Source: Kiritimatiellia bacterium (GTDB taxonomy: Bacteria; Verrucomicrobiota; Kiritimatiellia; JAAZAB01). From it: DNA of 64,000 nucleotides. The stretch spans positions 64,001-128,000 of the forward strand of contig JAXGPF010000012.1 in assembly GCA_040767085.1 (NCBI GenBank). Reading direction: 5' to 3'. Under the pieces are notes generated by a model that made no database searches, had not been told where the DNA came from, and was given only the letters and a program-made list of their open reading frames with translations. Position numbers and translations under genes: made by a program. Positions 59,213-64,000 of the stretch are shown here, in pieces; within the stretch, counting starts at the first letter, position 1; each line of letters starts with the position of its first letter.

Positions 59213-59769
59213 GGCGCCGCCTTGGTGTAGGTGAAATCCGCGGGCAAATCGCGGAAGGATGGATTTTGCTGATCTTTCGGCGAAAGCAGCGGCGTCCGGG
59301 TGGGCCAGGCGATGCGCAAGTCCGGATCGTTCCAGATCAGGCCGCGTTCGCCCTGGGGGTAGTAATAATCGCCGCAGGCGTAAATGACATCCGCCCGCGG
59401 GCTGGTGACGCAGAAGCCGTGCGCGAAGCCCACGGGCACGAACAATTGCTTGCGGTTTTCCGCGGAAAGTTCCACGCCGACCCATTGGCCGAACGTGGGC
59501 GAGCCCTGGCGGATATCCACTGCGACGTCGAAGACCGCGCCCTGCAATACGCGCACCAGCTTGGCCTGGGGCTGGCCGACCTGGTAATGCAGCCCGCGCA
59601 GGGTGTTTTGGATGGAATGCGAATGATTGTGCTGGACAAACTCCAGGTCAATGCCATGCCTGGCAAACAGTTTCCGGCTGTAGGTTTCCATGAAAAAGCC
59701 GCGGCTGTCGCTGAACACCGTTGGCTCGATCAAAATCACATCCGGCAAGGCAGTCGGTATGAAACGCAT
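59209..59769 (-). CDS. rfbC: dTDP-4-dehydrorhamnose 3,5-epimerase
   Basis: DSRGFFME, LRGLHYQ, DVAVDIR..SPTFG, GFAHGF, WNDP, LS.KD. Confidence 0.96.
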   Translation of the reverse strand: MRFIPTALPDVILIEPTVFSDSRGFFMETYSRKLFARHGIDLEFVQHNHSHSIQNTLRGLHYQVGQPQAKLVRVLQGAVFDVAVDIRQGSPTFGQWVGVELSAENRKQLFVPVGFAHGFCVTSPRADVIYACGDYYYPQGERGLIWNDPDLRIAWPTRTPLLSPKDQQNPSFRDLPADFTYTKAAP

Positions 59770-59829
59770 AGCTACTCCAATTAGAAATTATGTATTATCG
59801 GATTTCGGGCGATAAAACACAACATTTTT

Positions 59830-60010
59830 TTGCGCCTGGCGGTAGGCGATTTTGGCCAGCCAGAGCTTGATTGGCTCCGCCTTCGGACTGGTACCGACTG
59901 GACAATCCGCAGAAGTGTTTCGGGATCAGCCACATCCGTTAAACGCATCTTTCCGTCTCCGGCGAGCAACTTCAACTGGCGGCAATTTGTCATAGACTGA
60001 ATTCCGCCTC
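59830..60010 (-). pseudogene. Frameshifted fragment of a Bro-N/phage antirepressor-like protein
   Basis: TNCRQLKLLAGDGKMRLTDVADPETLLRIVQSVP continues after a 1-nt shift near 59889 as PKAEPIKLWLAKIAY, matching the Bro-N pattern QSIPSPKAEPFKLWLA; both termini missing. Confidence 0.7.
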
Positions 60011-60014
60011 CAGT

Positions 60015-60947
60015 CTACGTCAAATCCGGATTCTCCGTCAGCACGCTCTTGCTGGACTTCTTCGAAGGTGGTGTAGAAGAAGGTGGCGCAGACATTCCTG
60101 TCTGCGCTTCCCGGGCAGGCAGGAATGCCTGCCCCACCTTGTCTTCCGGCAGTCGCATCCAGTATTCGCTGTCCCGTAGCGAAGCCTTGACCGGGTTCTC
60201 CTGAACGTACCGAAGGAAGTGTCGATACTGCGATTCGCTCCGAACGATGTGGTCATAGGATTCGTCCATCCAGAAGGCATTGCCGGTTGTTCCCAGAATC
60301 GTGTTGGCCAACCGCGCGCTGGCGCCCTTCATGCCGTGTAGCAACCTGGAAAGATCGTGGCAGGGCAAGGTGGCGCAAGGGAGGGTGGCGCAGACATTCC
60401 TGTCTGCGCTTCCTGGGCAGGCAGGAATGCCTGCCCCACCTTGTGCGCCTGCCCCGCCTTGGTCCTTCTTTGCCGGCAACGGCTCAATCAGCGCATGCAC
60501 GTGGGTGGGCATAATTACCGCCGCATGGATCAACAGACGGTCGCCATCGAAGCGCAGCAGGCAACCGGCCACCGCTTCCCTGACATCTGCACGCGCCAGC
60601 GCCCGCGAACCCATGCCGGCGTCCAACCAGGCTTCCATCCGATCGCCGAAACGCTGGTCGTATTCCTTCCGCTGCCGCTCATCCCAAGGTTCGGGATTGA
60701 ACTTAATCCAGGCGGCGCGTTCATCTTTCCAGGCTTCCAGTTTGTCCTGCGGAATGGAATCTGCCAGTCGGAAGCAGACCCAGTAGATGGCTCCATTCAT
60801 GTGCCAGTGCGGCAACCGCCGCTCGGTGACCGCGATGGGCGTGGCAGAGGACGGCGAAACGAAGGAAGGTGGCGCAGACATTCCTGTCGGCGCTTTCCGG
60901 GCAGGCAGGAATGCCTGCCCCACCTTGATGTGGGGCTGATTGTTCAT
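60015..60947 (-). CDS. REP-associated tyrosine (HUH/Y1) transposase, RAYT
   Basis: RRLPHW, VCFRLADS, VIMPTHVH (HUH), FWMDESYDHIVR, YVQENPVKA. ORF is open up to 61109, so the start is uncertain. Confidence 0.88.
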   Translation of the reverse strand: MNNQPHIKVGQAFLPARKAPTGMSAPPSFVSPSSATPIAVTERRLPHWHMNGAIYWVCFRLADSIPQDKLEAWKDERAAWIKFNPEPWDERQRKEYDQRFGDRMEAWLDAGMGSRALARADVREAVAGCLLRFDGDRLLIHAAVIMPTHVHALIEPLPAKKDQGGAGAQGGAGIPACPGSADRNVCATLPCATLPCHDLSRLLHGMKGASARLANTILGTTGNAFWMDESYDHIVRSESQYRHFLRYVQENPVKASLRDSEYWMRLPEDKVGQAFLPAREAQTGMSAPPSSTPPSKKSSKSVLTENPDLT

Positions 60948-61086
60948 GCCAAATCCGGATTCTCCGTCAGCACGCTCTTGCTGGACTTCTTCGAAGGTGG
61001 TGCAGAAGAGGGTGGCGCAGACATTCCTGTCGGCGCTTCCCGGGCAGGCAGGAATGCCTGCCCCACCTTGTGCGCCTGCCCCACCT
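60021..61086. repeat. Four inverted REP pairs (about 60081-60139, 60383-60441, 60867-60925, 61010-61068) and ~122-bp direct repeats (60021-60142, 60950-61071)
   Basis: Unit GGTGGCGCAGACATTCCTGTC(T/G)GCG-spacer-GCAGGCAGGAATGCCTGCCCCACC read directly four times in the same orientation. Confidence 0.9.
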
Positions 61087-61260
61087 TTAAAATGCCGTTT
61101 TTGAACCATGTCAAAATACGAGCGGAAATGTCAAGTTCGGATTGAAAATATCCGACATGTTTTCAATCAAACCGGCTATGGCTTTTTTTACGTCCATGCG
61201 CTAGATTATGCGGTATTGATGGTTTGCCGGCAAGCTTAAGCTGCGCGAAGGAGTTGTCAT

Positions 61261-63720
61261 ATGCCAAAAAACAAAACATTCACACAGGGCGGTTTCAAAT
61301 TCGATGCGCGCCAGGGAGCCTGGTCGCTGGCAGCGGGCGGCCCGCGCGCCGCTGCCCTGCAAAATGCCGGCTGCCGGCTGCAGGTGAACGGCCAGACTTA
61401 TGCGCTGTCGGACGCGGATGCGCTGGAAACTGCCGTGCGGGGCTCGATCCGGGACCGCCAGGGCCAATCTTGGCGGCTGGAGGTAGCCGCCGTGTTCCGC
61501 AAGCCGGGCTTCACCTGGCGGCTGCGTTTTGACGTTCCGGCGCAAGGGATGAATGTCCGCGTCAGTTCGGAGGTCCAAAACGATTCCGCATCGGCGCTGA
61601 TCCTTGGGGATTGCGACCTGTTGCGGATTGAGCGCGCCGCCGGCGGGGTGTTGCGGCTGGGGCCGCATCCCGAACAGCAAAGGATTTTTGCCTTCACCGG
61701 CGGCTTGGGCACCCAGCGCGTAAAAAACATCACGGCCGAAGCGGGCAGGCATCAGACATCTTTCCTGCTGCACCTGCATAACCCGGCCGCGCAAAACACC
61801 TTGCTGGCCGGCTTCGTGACGTTTGACCGGATGAAAACGCTGTTCACGTGCCGGTATGACGCGCGCCAGGCGGCCGTCGCCTGCACGGGCAGCTGCCGGT
61901 TTCAGGATTACGTGTTAAAGCCCGGCGCGGTTGTCCCGTCCGAGACTTTGCGGGTGGAACTGGCGGACGATCCCTATGCCGTCCTGACGCGCTGGGCCGA
62001 CGCCGTGGCCCGGCAGTACCGGCCGCGCATCTGGCGGAAGCCGCCGCCCGTGGGGTGGGTGGGCTGGGCCTGGGTGGACAAGCGGGCGGAAATCCCGGAA
62101 GTCCAGGTTGCCAAAAACCTGCGCGCCCTCAAGACCCGCCTGGCCGGCTTCGGCGTGGATTACCTGTGGATGAGCATCGTCAACCTGAAGGATGGTTTGC
62201 CCGGCAACTGGCTGGAATTCAACGAGCGGAATTTTCCGCACGGGTTCCGCAAGACGGTGGATAAAATCATCCGGGCCGGCATCAAGCCGGGGTTGTGGAC
62301 CGGGTTTTTCTATGTCAACGAGGCCGCCGATACGTTTGCCGAAAACCGCGCCAACCTTTACCGCGACCATGCCACCGGCCAACCCATTCCGCGCGGGCGC
62401 TGGCCTTGGGCTTACAAGGCCAAGGATGGCCGCGAGCCGCCCAATTACCAGCTCGATTGCAGCCATCCGCGGAGTCTGCAGTTTTTGCAGAAAGTATACG
62501 CGGCTTACCGGCAATGGGGCATCTGCTATTACATGCTCGACTTCCTCGATTCCGGTCCGGTCAAGGACAAACTCATGCACATGGATTACCATGATCAAAG
62601 CCTGATCCGCGGGCCGGGCATCCCGCGGCGGGGCATGCTGACCGTGCGCCGGACGGCCGGCGCCGGCACGCATCTGCTGACCGCCGCCGGCTCCACCATC
62701 GTGAATGTCGGCGCGATCGACACCATGCGCATCGGGATGGATTACGGCGAAGGCCGCCAGTTGCAGCCGCGGTTCCAGTCCTTCCCGGCCACTTACGTGA
62801 TCAATGGGTCCTACGGTTCCAGCGGATCGCCCCAGGACAATTGCCTGCAGAATACGGCGGCGTATTTCTTTACCCACCGGAAACTCTTCCTGAACGGGCA
62901 GAACATGCTGACCGTGGACCATCCCATTCCCCGCAACGAGGCGGAATTTTCCACAACGCTTTTCGGCATGACCGGCAGTCCGATCATGCTGGGCGATGCG
63001 CTGGACCGGATGGCGGACGACCGCCTGGCGCTGATCAAAAAAGTGCTGCCGCGCCCGCCGGACTGGCCGTTTCCGGCGGACCTTTTTAAGCGCGTTTATC
63101 CGGATGACTATGCCCGCGTGCTGGCCGTCCCGGTGCAAACGGAGTGGGGGAAATGGACGGTGGCGGCGGTCTTCAACCTGGACGAGCGCACGGCGGCGAC
63201 GGAGATAACTCTGGAAGAATTGCGCCTGCCTGGCGGCAAAAATTTCCGGGTGTGGGACTTCTGGCAGGATAAATACTGCGGATGCGTCAGCGGCACATTC
63301 CGCGTGGAAGTTCCGGCCAAATCCTGCCGGCTGCTCCGGTTGTCGGCCCTGGCGCCGCGGCCGGCGGTGTTGGGCACCGATATGCATGTGCGGCAGGGAC
63401 AGTTGGAGTTGCGGGACGTGGTCTGGGACCGGCGGGCAAAAGTGCTTTCCGGCACGGCGTTGCGGCCCAAGGGGGAAAAAGGCAATCTGTATATCGCGGC
63501 GCCGACAGGCTGGAAATTGGCGGATTACCGGGGGGTCTTTGTCGCCAAAGACGCTCGCGACAGCACGCTGGTCATCCGCCGGCCGCTGGATTTCCGGCGC
63601 GGCCGGGTGGCGTGGTCGGTGCCCTTTGAAACGCTGAATGCCGAGGAAAAATACTGGCAGCGGGAGCATGCGAAAAAGCGCTGCGAGAGTCAGATGAAGG
63701 AATGCCGGACGACGATCTGA
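61261..63720 (+). CDS. Putative alpha-galactosidase-like glycoside hydrolase (GH36/clan D)
   Basis: PVGWVGW, FPHG...GIKPGLW, LDCSHP, YYMLDF (nucleophile position), RIGMD (acid/base), C-terminal AVFN...WDFW sandwich; AAGGAG RBS. Confidence 0.72.
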   Translation: MPKNKTFTQGGFKFDARQGAWSLAAGGPRAAALQNAGCRLQVNGQTYALSDADALETAVRGSIRDRQGQSWRLEVAAVFRKPGFTWRLRFDVPAQGMNVRVSSEVQNDSASALILGDCDLLRIERAAGGVLRLGPHPEQQRIFAFTGGLGTQRVKNITAEAGRHQTSFLLHLHNPAAQNTLLAGFVTFDRMKTLFTCRYDARQAAVACTGSCRFQDYVLKPGAVVPSETLRVELADDPYAVLTRWADAVARQYRPRIWRKPPPVGWVGWAWVDKRAEIPEVQVAKNLRALKTRLAGFGVDYLWMSIVNLKDGLPGNWLEFNERNFPHGFRKTVDKIIRAGIKPGLWTGFFYVNEAADTFAENRANLYRDHATGQPIPRGRWPWAYKAKDGREPPNYQLDCSHPRSLQFLQKVYAAYRQWGICYYMLDFLDSGPVKDKLMHMDYHDQSLIRGPGIPRRGMLTVRRTAGAGTHLLTAAGSTIVNVGAIDTMRIGMDYGEGRQLQPRFQSFPATYVINGSYGSSGSPQDNCLQNTAAYFFTHRKLFLNGQNMLTVDHPIPRNEAEFSTTLFGMTGSPIMLGDALDRMADDRLALIKKVLPRPPDWPFPADLFKRVYPDDYARVLAVPVQTEWGKWTVAAVFNLDERTAATEITLEELRLPGGKNFRVWDFWQDKYCGCVSGTFRVEVPAKSCRLLRLSALAPRPAVLGTDMHVRQGQLELRDVVWDRRAKVLSGTALRPKGEKGNLYIAAPTGWKLADYRGVFVAKDARDSTLVIRRPLDFRRGRVAWSVPFETLNAEEKYWQREHAKKRCESQMKECRTTI

Positions 63721-63768
63721 CTGCCCGGGTGAAAATCAGCGGGCGCCGCTCTTCCATCATCAATCAGC

Positions 63769-64000
63769 ATGCATCCCGATCAGACAGCAAAATTCCCGGC
63801 CATGCCGGCTGCTTTAAAGAATGGGCGCTCTGTCAACCTGCGCCTGCTGCAGTCGGATGATGGCGCGCGGCTGGCAGCGCTGTATGCCGCCGTGCCGGCG
63901 GCGGACCGGCGTTTCTATTGCCCGCATCCGCTGGATTGCGCGCATGCCCTGGAAAATGCCGCGTTGGCCGGCGATCCCTGCCGGATCGTGCTGGCGGCGG
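63769..64000 (+). CDS. GNAT-family acetyltransferase, 5' part (truncated by window)
   Basis: Manual translation LKNGRSVNLRLLQSDDGARLAALYAAV...RRFYCPHP resembles a GNAT N-terminus. Confidence 0.55.
   Translation, partial: MHPDQTAKFPAMPAALKNGRSVNLRLLQSDDGARLAALYAAVPAADRRFYCPHPLDCAHALENAALAGDPCRIVLAA

Noticed and set aside
60081-61068. Repeated 59-bp units as a possible CRISPR array
   Set aside because: Spacing is irregular (about 140-480 bp), units are REP pairs inside a RAYT ORF, and no cas genes are present.

Overview
GC-rich bacterial chromosomal window, most consistent with an anaerobic PVC-superphylum organism (Kiritimatiellota/Lentisphaerae-like; this is an inference from gene content and style). 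Housekeeping genes: alaS (short form), recA, galE, glnS-gltX, nadE, lptF/G, glycerate kinase, pilT/U, a complete trpE-(gap)-trpGDCFBA-rlmB operon, and rmlCA/rmlD interleaved with two GT-C glycosyltransferase paralogs. It also carries a PerR-desulforedoxin-ferritin-peroxiredoxin oxidative-stress unit, an ACT-fused GlnE, an orphan HydG, a CHASE2 adenylate cyclase and several sugar-catabolic or hypothetical genes. Mobile DNA: two apparently identical 1386-bp IS1202/ISNCY-type elements with 15-16 bp target duplications, a RAYT transposase carrying four REP pairs inside its own ORF, several other REP families and nested palindromic repeat mosaics. Most striking observation: both IS copies sit in the same orientation, and each target duplication ends exactly at the first base of a sigma70-like -35 box (TTGAAT / TTGACA, 17-bp spacer). 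This suggests a promoter-targeting insertion sequence, although it rests on only two copies. No tRNA, rRNA or CRISPR array was recognised.
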